From NCBI GenBank assembly GCA_021735655.1, contig JAIPGM010000003.1:128001-192000 (forward strand): DNA of 64,000 bases. The letters are read 5' to 3'. Each line of letters starts with the position of its first letter. The stretch's first letter is position 1. This document shows positions 55,393 through 64,000 of this stretch, one piece after another. The notes beneath the pieces are model-generated. The model was not told the origin of the DNA and searched no databases. It saw only the letters and a program-made list of their open reading frames with translations. Both the position numbers and the translations under genes were made by a program. This DNA is from Candidatus Omnitrophota bacterium. Its GTDB lineage: Bacteria; Omnitrophota; Gorgyraeia; Duberdicusellales; 4484-171.

Positions 55393-55881
55393 ATGAAAGT
55401 TAATTTAGAAGTAATAAAAGTTAATAAACCGAAAGATTTAAACGTAATCATCGGTCAAGCCCATTTCATTAAAACAGTTGAAGATATCTATGAAGCACTC
55501 ATTAGCAGTTCTCCGACGATAAAATTTGGCTTGGCTTTCTCCGAAGCTTCCGGTGAGTGTTTAGTCAGGACAGAAGGTAATGATCCAGAGCTAAAAAAAA
55601 TAGCCAGCGATAATGTGTTAAGCTTGGCTTGCGGACATATGTTTTTTATAGCCTTAAAGGAGTCCTATCCGATTAACGTTTTAAATCAGATAAAAAATAT
55701 TCCTGAAGTCTGTCGCATTTTTTGCGCTACAGCTAATCCGTTGGAGGTTATAGTTTGTGAGACTGCCCAGGGAAGAGCGCTTTTAGGAGTTGTTGATGGC
55801 GCTAAGCCCAAAGGCCTTGAGACTGAGGATGATGTTAGGGCGAGAAAAGATCTTTTAAGGAAGTTTGGATACAAGCTTTAA
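55393..55881 (+). CDS. conserved hypothetical protein (possibly DUF355/adenosine-specific-kinase-like)
   Basis: 162-aa soluble ORF. The family assignment is a recollection only and no diagnostic motif was verified. Confidence 0.35.
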   Translation: MKVNLEVIKVNKPKDLNVIIGQAHFIKTVEDIYEALISSSPTIKFGLAFSEASGECLVRTEGNDPELKKIASDNVLSLACGHMFFIALKESYPINVLNQIKNIPEVCRIFCATANPLEVIVCETAQGRALLGVVDGAKPKGLETEDDVRARKDLLRKFGYKL

Positions 55882-55895
55882 GGAACAAAGAGTAT

Positions 55896-56834
55896 ATGGC
55901 TAAAGAAAAAAAGAAATTCTTGCGTCGTAACGCTGGCTGGATTGCCATGCGAATTTTTACTTATCTTAACGGAATAACTCCTTTAGGCTGGAACTACTTT
56001 TTGGGTAGTGTTTTAGGAAGTATTGCTTACTTAGTGGTTAGGCGCCATCGTAAGATTGCTCTTGAAGGCCTAGAACTTGCTTTCCCGGAAAAAACAGTTA
56101 AACAACGCAAAAAAATAGCTCGTCAGGTATTCATTTTTATGGCTCAGAGTTCTTTTGAGCTGCTTCATTGCTTAAAGAATATTCATCAGCTGAAGAATAT
56201 CAGTATTGAGGGGGAAGAATATTTAAGGCAAGCCTTAGCAAAGAAAAAAGGAGTTATAATTGTAACCGCCCATCTAGGTAATTTTCCGCTAATGAGTTTA
56301 AAGCTAGCAAAAGCCGGGTATCCGGTTAGCTTTGTTACTCGGCCGATGCGTGATGAGAAGACTAGTGATTATATTCATGGCCTAAGGAGTGCTACCGGAG
56401 TTAAAACAATTTTTTCTTATCCACGTCGTGAATGCGTAAATGGTATTATTAAGGCTTTAGCTAATAATGAGATAGTAGTAATGCAAATGGATCAGAATTT
56501 TGGTACTGGCGGCGTTTGGGTGAAATTTTTCGGCCAGTTGGCGGCTACACCAGTGGGGCCGATAGTTTTAGCTCTACGTACTCAAAGTGCGGTAGTACCG
56601 GCATATATATATCGTCAAACAACTGGTAAACATTGCATAAAGATATCTTCTGAACAGCAGTTAGACGTCGCCAAAGAAAAAGATGAAACCGTATTGGCTA
56701 ATGCAATTGAGCTTACTCGGATTATCGAAGCATGGGTGAGAGAACATGATTTTCAGTGGTCATGGATTCATCGCCGTTGGAAATCGAGGCCTTCAAAAGA
56801 AGTTGAAAGATTAAAATTTAAAATAGAACAATAA
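55896..56834 (+). CDS. lpxL: lipid A biosynthesis (Kdo2-lipid IVA) lauroyl/myristoyl acyltransferase, LpxL/HtrB family
   Basis: N-terminal TM anchor. …VTAHLGNFPL… (HxxxxD-type acyltransferase H-motif context). ~310 aa. Confidence 0.7.
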   Translation: MAKEKKKFLRRNAGWIAMRIFTYLNGITPLGWNYFLGSVLGSIAYLVVRRHRKIALEGLELAFPEKTVKQRKKIARQVFIFMAQSSFELLHCLKNIHQLKNISIEGEEYLRQALAKKKGVIIVTAHLGNFPLMSLKLAKAGYPVSFVTRPMRDEKTSDYIHGLRSATGVKTIFSYPRRECVNGIIKALANNEIVVMQMDQNFGTGGVWVKFFGQLAATPVGPIVLALRTQSAVVPAYIYRQTTGKHCIKISSEQQLDVAKEKDETVLANAIELTRIIEAWVREHDFQWSWIHRRWKSRPSKEVERLKFKIEQ

Positions 56835-56888
56835 AACTTGTAATCGCTAGATTTTTTTGTTAAAATTTTCTAAGATGAGAGATTTAAT

Positions 56889-57845
56889 ATGAGTAAGAAA
56901 TATTCTTTAGGTATTGGTCTTAATCTTTTTGATGCCCGAGCAGTTCTTTTGAATGATGAAGGTAAAGTTTTAGCAAAGGTGATCAAAAATAGGAGTACCG
57001 TTAATGCCAACGAAACTTTGGCAACTTTACTAGAGTTGTTTGAAGGGATTCTTGCTAAGTCTAAGCGATATAAATCTTCGATAGAGGGAGTGGGTCTTGC
57101 CTTAGGCGGAATTGTAAATAGTAAAAAAGGAATTGTTTACTGGCCTCAGCCGCCGGATTCTTATGTGGCAGTCCCTTTGGGAGATTATCTCAGGAAGAAA
57201 TTTGGCCTTAGCGTTTATATTGAAAATGATGCCAATGCTTGCGCTTGGGCTGAGTACCAAGCTAATTTTTCAAAATACAAAAATATTGTTTATTTGTTTT
57301 CAGGGGTGGGTTGCGGCGTTATTGCCAACGGCAACATATATAAAGGTAGAGATGGGGCTGCTGGAGAGTTGTTTTTAAATCCCAAAGCAGTTATGTCTTC
57401 ATATCTAGGCGATTTTTCTTTTCTTAAAGCTTGGCCGGCTGACTTGGATATAGTTAAGCGGGCTAAAACTGCCATTTCCTTGGGTCAAGAAACTAGCTTA
57501 GTAAAAAAGATAAGTTCTAGCGGCGAATTGTTTTTAGAATCTATATTTGAGGAGGCTAATAAGAAAGATAAACTTGCTCGGGATTTAATAAAAGAGGCTG
57601 CTCGAACTTTAGGCGTAAAAGCTGCCTTTTTAATTAACTTACTTAACCCGGAAGCAGTTGTTATTGGTGGCGGTTTAGAGAGTGCCGGAGAATTCTTTTT
57701 AGAAGAATGTATAAACTCGGTAAAGAAGTTTTCTTTTAACGAGATGAGAAAGGGCTGTAAAATAACCCTTTCTTGCTTGGGTAATGATGCGACTTCTCTT
57801 GGGGCAGCAATGTTAGTTTTTAAAGAAAATACTTTACAGAGATAG
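56889..57845 (+). CDS. ROK-family sugar kinase (glucokinase/N-acetylglucosamine kinase-like)
   Basis: N-terminal sugar-kinase phosphate motif region. …GVGCGVIANGNIYKGRDGAAGELF… ROK signature. Confidence 0.75.
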   Translation: MSKKYSLGIGLNLFDARAVLLNDEGKVLAKVIKNRSTVNANETLATLLELFEGILAKSKRYKSSIEGVGLALGGIVNSKKGIVYWPQPPDSYVAVPLGDYLRKKFGLSVYIENDANACAWAEYQANFSKYKNIVYLFSGVGCGVIANGNIYKGRDGAAGELFLNPKAVMSSYLGDFSFLKAWPADLDIVKRAKTAISLGQETSLVKKISSSGELFLESIFEEANKKDKLARDLIKEAARTLGVKAAFLINLLNPEAVVIGGGLESAGEFFLEECINSVKKFSFNEMRKGCKITLSCLGNDATSLGAAMLVFKENTLQR

Positions 57846-57897
57846 TATATATGCTAGTATATTATATACGTTATAATTAATTAAAAGGAGGTCACTA

Positions 57898-59082
57898 ATG
57901 GACAAATCAAAAATAATTCCGATCATTCTCTTGATTTTTATTTTAGGTATAGGATTTATTGCCTACACTTTCTATCAGCAGTCTCAGGAATTAGGCAAAA
58001 AAAATCAAGATTTAACGAAGGAGAATTCCGCCTTAATCCAAGAGAAAGAAGACTTAAAAGAGCAATATAATACTCAGCGAGAGAGAAATAATGCCTTAGA
58101 AGAGAGGCAATCAGCGATGAATGCTGAACTTTCACGATTAGAGAATGAACGAGATAGTTTCCAGACAAAGTTAGCTGAAGTTACCCAGGAAAGAGATCTG
58201 TTGGTTGAGAAGCTAAGTAGTAAGCCTACTCAGTCAAGCTCAAGTTCAAGCTCAGTCCAAAGCTTTAGCCCCTCAACGGTTTCTGGAGGACAGCTTTCTG
58301 AAGATCATTGGGCAGATTTTGTTAAGGAAAAAGCTTCCTTGGAAGCAAAAGTTGGTACTTTGAATAAAGTATTGCTTGATGCAAAAAGTAAGATATCGGA
58401 ATTAGATAAAGATAATAAAGAGCTCAGTATAAAAATTGATCAGCTTAATAAAACAAGAGAAAGACTTGACGAAGAAGTACGCTTTAAAGAAAGAACCTTA
58501 CGTGTCCTGAGTATGGATTTGGTTAGCGAGAGAGAAGAGCGGGCTTCAGCTGTTACTGAATTGAGAAAACTTCGAAGCGAAAATATAAGTTTAAAGAGAG
58601 AGATTGTTTTATCGAATAAAGAAAAAATGAATTTGCAAAGTACTCTCAGAGGCGCATTGGACAGAAAAGAAAGTTTGGAAAGTAGAATTTCTGATGCCGA
58701 GAATGTTTTAAAAGAAAAATCTTTAGCTTTCGGCGAATTACAAGAGCAGCTTGAACATGCAATAATTGGCAGTAAACGTATTACTGCTTCTGAGTCAGCA
58801 TCGGTGCAGTTGCCTCCGATTGTAGTTAAACCGGAAGCTCCTGGTTTGCGAGGACTTCGTGGCGAAGTTATAGCTGTAAATAAAGAAGAAAAGTTCATAG
58901 TTGTTGATATCGGAGAAGCTTCTGGTTTACGTCCTGGCGCTTTGTTAAAAGTTATGCGTGGAGATAGAGAAATCGCAACTTTAGAGGTTATTGAGACTCG
59001 TAGGGAAATTTCTGCCGCGGACATAAAAGAAGTAGTTGGCGGGACGACTATTCAAGAAGGCGATATCGTTATAAGTCGGTAA
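57898..59082 (+). CDS. membrane-anchored coiled-coil protein with Ser-rich linker and C-terminal beta-rich domain
   Basis: N-terminal TM. ~250 aa of heptad-like Q/E/K/L-rich sequence. SSSSSSV linker. C-terminal ~90 aa G.V..V……V.D.G…G…G…V pattern. Confidence 0.5.
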   Translation: MDKSKIIPIILLIFILGIGFIAYTFYQQSQELGKKNQDLTKENSALIQEKEDLKEQYNTQRERNNALEERQSAMNAELSRLENERDSFQTKLAEVTQERDLLVEKLSSKPTQSSSSSSSVQSFSPSTVSGGQLSEDHWADFVKEKASLEAKVGTLNKVLLDAKSKISELDKDNKELSIKIDQLNKTRERLDEEVRFKERTLRVLSMDLVSEREERASAVTELRKLRSENISLKREIVLSNKEKMNLQSTLRGALDRKESLESRISDAENVLKEKSLAFGELQEQLEHAIIGSKRITASESASVQLPPIVVKPEAPGLRGLRGEVIAVNKEEKFIVVDIGEASGLRPGALLKVMRGDREIATLEVIETRREISAADIKEVVGGTTIQEGDIVISR

Positions 59083-59125
59083 GTTTCTTCTTACTTCATC
59101 CAGCCTATTTTAAAACGGGATAGCA

Positions 59126-60118
59126 ATGTCTTCTAAAATAACCATCAAGGATGTTGCCAGAAAGGCGGGCGTTTCAATCGCTACGGTTTCTCGTTTTATC
59201 AATAATTTTCCTCTACGTCAAGAAAATAAAGATAAGGTTGAGCGGGCAATAAATGAGTTGAATTATCAACCTTTACTCTACGCTCGCAGACTCGCCGGCG
59301 GCAAACTTAATACTTTTGGCCTAATTCTTCCTGGTTATGAAGGGATATTTTATTCTTTTTACGCTTTAGAGATAATTCGTGAAGTCGCTGCATCAACGGC
59401 TCAAAACTCAATTGATTTGCATCTGAATATTTTTTGGGATAAAGACAACTTCCAAAGTTCCTTAGTCGACGGAGTCATAATGGCTGATGTTATTGGCAAT
59501 GATCAGCAACTTGAGCGATTAACTAAGGAGGAGGTGCCCCTAATAGTTATAAATCGAAGGATTGATGATCCTAGGATTAGCTCGATATCTGTTGATAATT
59601 TTAAGGGAGCTTACGAGGCAGTAGAGTTTCTTATCCATCATGGACATAAAAGAATCGCCCATCTTGCCGGTGATTTACGCGTCCAATGCTCTCAGGAGAG
59701 GATTGATGGCTACAAAAGCGCTTTGGTTAAGAATAAAATTGAATTTCGGGAAGATTACGTTAAATCAACTAACTTTTCACGTAAGGATGCCCGGGAAGGC
59801 CTCGATGAGCTATTTGCTAAGGTTGATGAGGCTCCGACAGCAATTTTTTGCTGCAGTGATGAGGTAGCCTCAGAAGTTTTGAGTTTTGCCGAGGAAAAAA
59901 GAATCGAGGTTCCGAGATCTCTGAGCGTTATCGGTTTTGATGATAACCCTCACTGTCTTTATGGTAATTTAATGCTTACTACAGTTCGGCAACCCCTGAA
60001 AGCAATGGTCCAACAAGGGGTCAAGATTTTAAAAGATACTATCGATGAGAATAAACCTCCTCAGAAGCTGGTTCTTGATACAGAACTTATCATCAGAGAC
60101 ACAGTAGGATTTCTTTAA
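59126..60118 (+). CDS. LacI-family transcriptional regulator
   Basis: N-terminal HTH TIKDVARKAGVSIATVSRFIN and periplasmic-binding-protein-like effector domain. Confidence 0.85.
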   Translation: MSSKITIKDVARKAGVSIATVSRFINNFPLRQENKDKVERAINELNYQPLLYARRLAGGKLNTFGLILPGYEGIFYSFYALEIIREVAASTAQNSIDLHLNIFWDKDNFQSSLVDGVIMADVIGNDQQLERLTKEEVPLIVINRRIDDPRISSISVDNFKGAYEAVEFLIHHGHKRIAHLAGDLRVQCSQERIDGYKSALVKNKIEFREDYVKSTNFSRKDAREGLDELFAKVDEAPTAIFCCSDEVASEVLSFAEEKRIEVPRSLSVIGFDDNPHCLYGNLMLTTVRQPLKAMVQQGVKILKDTIDENKPPQKLVLDTELIIRDTVGFL

Positions 60119-60205
60119 GGCGTACTGTTTAGCGCTTAGGTGCCAAACAGATAAGTTATTTTTTTAATCTTCGTATCAATATGTTGAGTTTGAAGCTTAA
60201 CCTAC

Positions 60206-60221
60206 ATACTATATATAGTAT
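60206..60221 (+). promoter_or_regulatory. NrdR-box-like 16-bp palindrome ATACTATATATAGTAT abutting a TTGACA-17-TATACA promoter upstream of nrdJ
   Basis: Perfect palindrome resembling the NrdR consensus acaCwAtATaTwGtgt. -35 TTGACA at 60228-60233. -10 TATACA at 60251-60256. Confidence 0.4.
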
Positions 60222-60315
60222 TTTTTCTTGACACAGTTCATTAGCTATGATATACAATAAGTATTCTACTAGAAGCATTAATAATCAATAATTAAACATT
60301 AAGGAGAAGGGGGTT

Positions 60316-62607
60316 ATGCAGGAAGAGTTAAATTTTTCATCGAATGCAATTGTTGTTTTACGTAAACGTTATCTTAAGAAAAACAATCAAGGTGCGGTGT
60401 CAGAAACTCCAAAAGAGTTACTAGAAAGAGTTTCTCAGGCAATCGCTAGCGTCGAGGCAAACTACGGTCAAGATGCAAAGAGAGTAAAGGAAGTTAGAGC
60501 CGAATTTTTAGAGATGATGACTAATTTAGAGTTTATGCCTAATTCCCCCACCTTAATGAATGCCGGAAAAGATTTGGGTCAGCTTTCGGCTTGTTTTGTA
60601 GTGCCGGTAGAGGATTCAATGGAATCTATTTTTGATGCTATAAAATCAACCGCTTTAATTCATAAAACTGGTGGTGGTACCGGTTTTAGCTTTTCGCGTT
60701 TACGCCCTACAAATAGTGTTGTTAAGTCTACCGGCGGAGTTGCTTCTGGCCCGGTTTCTTTTATGAAGGTTTTTGACGCAGCTACCCAAGCGGTCAAGCA
60801 GGGGGGTACTCGTCGGGGAGCAAATATGGGGATATTACGCGTAGACCATCCCGATATTTTAGAGTTTGTAAAATGTAAAGAGAAAGAGGGGCAAATTTCT
60901 AATTTTAATATTTCGATAGCCCTAACTGATGAGTTTATGGATAAAGTTCTTCAAAAACAAGATTACTCTCTTATTGATCCTTTCAATAAAGAGATTGTTG
61001 GGAAATTAGATGCTAGCGAAGTTTTTAATCTAATTGCAACCTATGCTCATAAAAATGGGGAACCAGGGATTGTTTTCATCGATAAGATTAACCGTGATAA
61101 TCCTACTCCTAATCTTGGACTCATTGAAAGCACCAATCCTTGTGGCGAACAACCACTCCTACCTTTTGAAAGTTGCAATCTTGGTTCGATTAATCTTGCC
61201 AAGATGTTGACGAAAACTGATCAAGGTTTTGAAGTTGATTGGAAAAGATTGGAAAAGATTACAAAATCGGCGGTACGTTTTTTAGATAATGTAATCGATG
61301 CCAATAAATTTCCGCTTGAACAGATTAAAGAAAATACTCGTAATACAAGAAAAATTGGCTTAGGAGTAATGGGTTGGGCAACTATGCTTGGTTTTATGGG
61401 TATTCCTTACGATAGTGATGATGCAATTCACTTGGCCAAAGATGTAATGCGTTTTATTCGCGAGGCAGCCAAGAAGCAATCATTACAGCTAGCCGCAGAA
61501 AGAGATGTTTTCCCAGCTTGGAAAGGAAGTTCTTGGCATAAGAAGGGGATAAAGATACGTAATGCAACTTTAACTACTATTGCTCCTACCGGGACAATAA
61601 GTATTATTGCTGGGCCGACTTCAGGCGGAGTTGAGCCTAACTTTTCTCTTTGTTATTTTCGTAATGTTCTAGACGGAGAGAAGCTTCTTGAAGTTGATCC
61701 GGCCTTTGAGTATACAGCTAAAAAGCAAGGCTTTTATTCAGATGATTTAATGCAGCGGATTGCTAAAGGTGAAGATGTCCAGAGCATGGAGGAAGTTCCT
61801 GAAGAAACAAAAAGAATTTTTAGAACCGCAATGAACATATCACCTTTTTGGCATCTAAAGACTCAGGCTGCCTTTCAAGAGTTCACCGACAATGCTGTTT
61901 CAAAGACAATAAATTTACCTAATAGCGCAGTTGTTGATGATGTTAAGGAATCGTATCTACTAGCTTATAAGCTAGGTTGTAAGGGGGTTACCGTTTATCG
62001 TGATGGTTCAAGAAGCGTGCAGGTTTTGACCTTAGATAAGGCTGATAAGAAAAAGGAAGATAAGGAAATCCAGGGCTACTCAATAGCCGTACCTTATCCT
62101 AAACCGAGACCGGAAGTTATTTTGGGGACTACTACCAAGGTTACCACTGGATGTGGTAACCTTTATATTACCGTTAATCAAGATGAGGAAGATAATCTTT
62201 TTGAAGTTTTTACTCAGATGGGTAAGGCGGGCGGTTGTGCAGCTTCCCAACTTGAGGCTGTTGGTCGGTTAGTTTCATTAGCTCTTCGTGGCGGAATAGA
62301 TATAAAAGTTATTGTTGAGCAGTTGAAAGGAATTAGATGTCCTTCACCTTCCTGGGATAAGGGAAAGAAGATTTTTTCCTGTGCTGACGCAATAGCCAGA
62401 GTTTTAGAAAAAAGAGGAACCGATCAAAAAGAGATAGTTAATGTTGTGACCCAACCGGCTAAAAGTGAAGAGGCAGATAAAGTTTTTGCTCCAGTTGCGA
62501 CTAGAGACTCTCATACTATCGTTGGAGTATGCGTTGAATGCGGTTACGCTCTGCGTCATCAAGAAGGCTGCCTTGTTTGTGATGCTTGTGGCTATTCTAA
62601 GTGCTGA
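60316..62607 (+). CDS. nrdJ: adenosylcobalamin-dependent (class II) ribonucleotide reductase
   Basis: ATP-cone-like N-terminus. Catalytic motifs NPCGEQPL and [12 protein letters not shown]-terminal Cys-rich tail CVECGYAL…[12 protein letters not shown]. Confidence 0.9.
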   Translation: MQEELNFSSNAIVVLRKRYLKKNNQGAVSETPKELLERVSQAIASVEANYGQDAKRVKEVRAEFLEMMTNLEFMPNSPTLMNAGKDLGQLSACFVVPVEDSMESIFDAIKSTALIHKTGGGTGFSFSRLRPTNSVVKSTGGVASGPVSFMKVFDAATQAVKQGGTRRGANMGILRVDHPDILEFVKCKEKEGQISNFNISIALTDEFMDKVLQKQDYSLIDPFNKEIVGKLDASEVFNLIATYAHKNGEPGIVFIDKINRDNPTPNLGLIESTNPCGEQPLLPFESCNLGSINLAKMLTKTDQGFEVDWKRLEKITKSAVRFLDNVIDANKFPLEQIKENTRNTRKIGLGVMGWATMLGFMGIPYDSDDAIHLAKDVMRFIREAAKKQSLQLAAERDVFPAWKGSSWHKKGIKIRNATLTTIAPTGTISIIAGPTSGGVEPNFSLCYFRNVLDGEKLLEVDPAFEYTAKKQGFYSDDLMQRIAKGEDVQSMEEVPEETKRIFRTAMNISPFWHLKTQAAFQEFTDNAVSKTINLPNSAVVDDVKESYLLAYKLGCKGVTVYRDGSRSVQVLTLDKADKKKEDKEIQGYSIAVPYPKPRPEVILGTTTKVTTGCGNLYITVNQDEEDNLFEVFTQMGKAGGCAASQLEAVGRLVSLALRGGIDIKVIVEQLKGIRCPSPSWDKGKKIFSCADAIARVLEKRGTDQKEIVNVVTQPAKSEEADKVFAPVATRDSHTIVGVCVECGYALRHQEGCLVCDACGYSKC

Positions 62608-62688
62608 CAACAGACAAATAGATTTTATTGATAAATTTGTGCCTGCTGGTAGGGGAAAAGCAGGCACTTTTTTTAAGAAGGAGAAGAG

Positions 62689-63432
62689 ATGATTAAGCTA
62701 GTTTTATTGCGTCACGGTGAAAGCATTTGGAATTTAGAAAATCGTTTTACTGGCTGGACCGATGTTGGTTTATCCGACAAAGGAGCAAAAGAGGCCCATG
62801 AAGGAGCTAAGTGGTTAAAAAAAGAAGGTTTTACTTTTGACGTAGCGTATACTTCAGTTTTAAGAAGGGCAATTCAGACTCTTTGGATGGTTTTAGATGA
62901 TTTAGATTTAATGTGGATTCCGGTTCAACGCTCCTGGCGTCTTAATGAGCGTCATTATGGAGCTCTCCAGGGATTAAATAAGCTAGAGACGGTTAAGAAA
63001 TACGGTGAGGAACAAGTTTTGATTTGGCGAAGGAGTTATGACACCCAGCCGCCGGCCTTAACACCTGATGATGAGCGGTCTCCGGCTAAAGACCTACGTT
63101 ATCAGAATTTAAAGCCTGAAGAAGTACCTTTAACCGAGTGCTTAAAGGATACGGTGAATAGATTCTTGCCTTATTGGCATGAGACAATAGTTCCTACCTT
63201 AAAAGACGGTAAAAAGGTTATCATTGCTGCTCATGGAAACAGTCTTAGGGCTTTAGTTAAATATCTCGATAATGTTAGCGATCAGGAAATTGTAAGCTTG
63301 AATATACCAACCGGAATACCGTTGGTTTATGAGTTAGACGACAATTTGAAACCAATCAGACACTATTATTTGGGAGATCCAGAAGTAATTAAGAAAGCAA
63401 TTGATTCAGTTGCTAAGCAGACTAAGAAATAA
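62689..63432 (+). CDS. gpmA: 2,3-bisphosphoglycerate-dependent phosphoglycerate mutase
   Basis: [20 protein letters not shown] (RHGE) histidine-phosphatase motif. 247 aa. Confidence 0.9.
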   Translation: MIKLVLLRHGESIWNLENRFTGWTDVGLSDKGAKEAHEGAKWLKKEGFTFDVAYTSVLRRAIQTLWMVLDDLDLMWIPVQRSWRLNERHYGALQGLNKLETVKKYGEEQVLIWRRSYDTQPPALTPDDERSPAKDLRYQNLKPEEVPLTECLKDTVNRFLPYWHETIVPTLKDGKKVIIAAHGNSLRALVKYLDNVSDQEIVSLNIPTGIPLVYELDDNLKPIRHYYLGDPEVIKKAIDSVAKQTKK

Positions 63433-63518
63433 CAGCAAACGAATAGTTAACTAGGGGGCAGATCCGAATTTTAAAAATAGGGTGTGCCCTTTTTTTATTT
63501 GTGATACAATTTTAATCT

Positions 63519-64000
63519 ATGAAGCAATATGATTGTATTGTAGTTGGCTCAGGTCACGCCGGAATTGAGGCTGCTTATTTAGCCTCTAGGCTTGATTGTG
63601 AGGTGTTATTTTTAACCCTCGATATCGATGCCATTGGCAAGTTATCTTGTAATCCGGCTGTCGGCGGAGTGGCTAAGGGGCATTTGGTGCGTGAGGTTGA
63701 TGCTTTGGGTGGTTTAATCGGGAGAATAACCGATCGAGCTGCCTTAGGTTATCGAATTCTAAACCGTAGTAAGGGTAAGGCTGTCTGGGCTCATCGGGCT
63801 CAGGTGGATATGTTAACCTACCCCAAAATAGCGAGAGACTTTATCGAAAAGAGTGGCAAGATTAGAATATTACAGGCTAAGGTCGATAAAATTTTGGTCA
63901 AGGGCAAAAAAGTGTACGGAGTTCAAACTAATTTCGGTGAACTATTGTTATCGAGAAAAGTAATTATTTGCGCTGGAACATTTTTAAAGAGTACAATTCA
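63519..64000 (+). CDS. mnmG: tRNA uridine 5-carboxymethylaminomethyl modification enzyme MnmG (GidA), 5' part (runs off window)
   Basis: YDCIVVGSGHAGIEAA…SCNPAVGGVAKGHLVREVDALGG classic MnmG N-terminus. Truncated by the window end. Confidence 0.85.
   Translation, partial: MKQYDCIVVGSGHAGIEAAYLASRLDCEVLFLTLDIDAIGKLSCNPAVGGVAKGHLVREVDALGGLIGRITDRAALGYRILNRSKGKAVWAHRAQVDMLTYPKIARDFIEKSGKIRILQAKVDKILVKGKKVYGVQTNFGELLLSRKVIICAGTFLKSTI

Noticed and set aside
55686-55874. Minus-strand ORF 55686..55874, and other short antisense ORFs (5919..6254, 7369..7560, 7942..8301, 20434..20790, 22686..23102, 25147..25635, 49399..49815, 50111..50443, 58440..59024).
   Set aside because: Each is embedded antisense in a confidently identified conserved gene (SBP, HK, pdxJ, gpsA, hom, pilT, prfB and others). 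No motifs or RBSs support them.
60120-60315. Possible cobalamin riboswitch upstream of the B12-dependent RNR.
   Set aside because: No B12-box (…GCCACTG…) or conserved riboswitch core is visible. The region instead holds a promoter plus a NrdR-like palindrome.
1-64000. CRISPR arrays, integrases, transposases, restriction-modification or toxin-antitoxin defence genes.
   Set aside because: None were seen. There are no spaced direct repeats. The only tandem repeats are the in-frame 18-bp x3 at 24438 and the coding low-complexity at 43.1-44.0 kb. No recombinase or nuclease-methylase motifs were recognised.

Overview
This 64-kb window is AT-rich (about 37-38% GC by eye), mostly + strand, and comes from a diderm bacterium. 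The diderm call rests on BamD-like, LptE-like, LpxL-like and Lnt proteins plus many TPR and signal-peptide proteins. Most of the window is housekeeping genes in recognisable conserved blocks. These are tilS-ftsH-folP-cdaA-pdxJ-acpS-nnrD, a thrU/tyrU/glyT-like tRNA trio followed by gpsA, hom-thrC-argS-recJ, nfo-leuS, rpsT/murJ/uvrC, and prfB-secA-lnt-lpxL. Seven tRNA genes are called from cloverleaf parsing. I found no CRISPR array, integrase, transposase or obvious toxin, restriction or defence genes. The less ordinary material is concentrated in 1-9 kb and 38.7-44.6 kb. (1) A two-member paralogous family of ~110-aa secreted proteins with an IPPY...EPEFV C-terminus, one of them behind a ~300-nt structured leader with an intrinsic terminator. 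(2) Two paralogous type-IV-pilin-like proteins with non-canonical prepilin cleavage sites. (3) A pilin / DUF4234 / DUF2752 / comEA / short comEC / BamD-like-with-350-aa-KRE-tail block inserted into the otherwise conserved leuS-lptE-holA neighbourhood, with pilT nearby. (4) A cdaA gene followed by a 45-codon CdaR-like N-terminal remnant, with glmM absent from the locus. (5) A GT-C-like membrane protein plus a Dpm1-like GT2, with a GDP-mannose pyrophosphorylase elsewhere in the window. (6) An orphan NMT1/SsuA-type binding protein immediately upstream of a hybrid-architecture sensor kinase. (7) A NrdR-box-like palindrome upstream of a class II RNR. All calls come from reading the ORF translations and DNA by eye; no searches were run.
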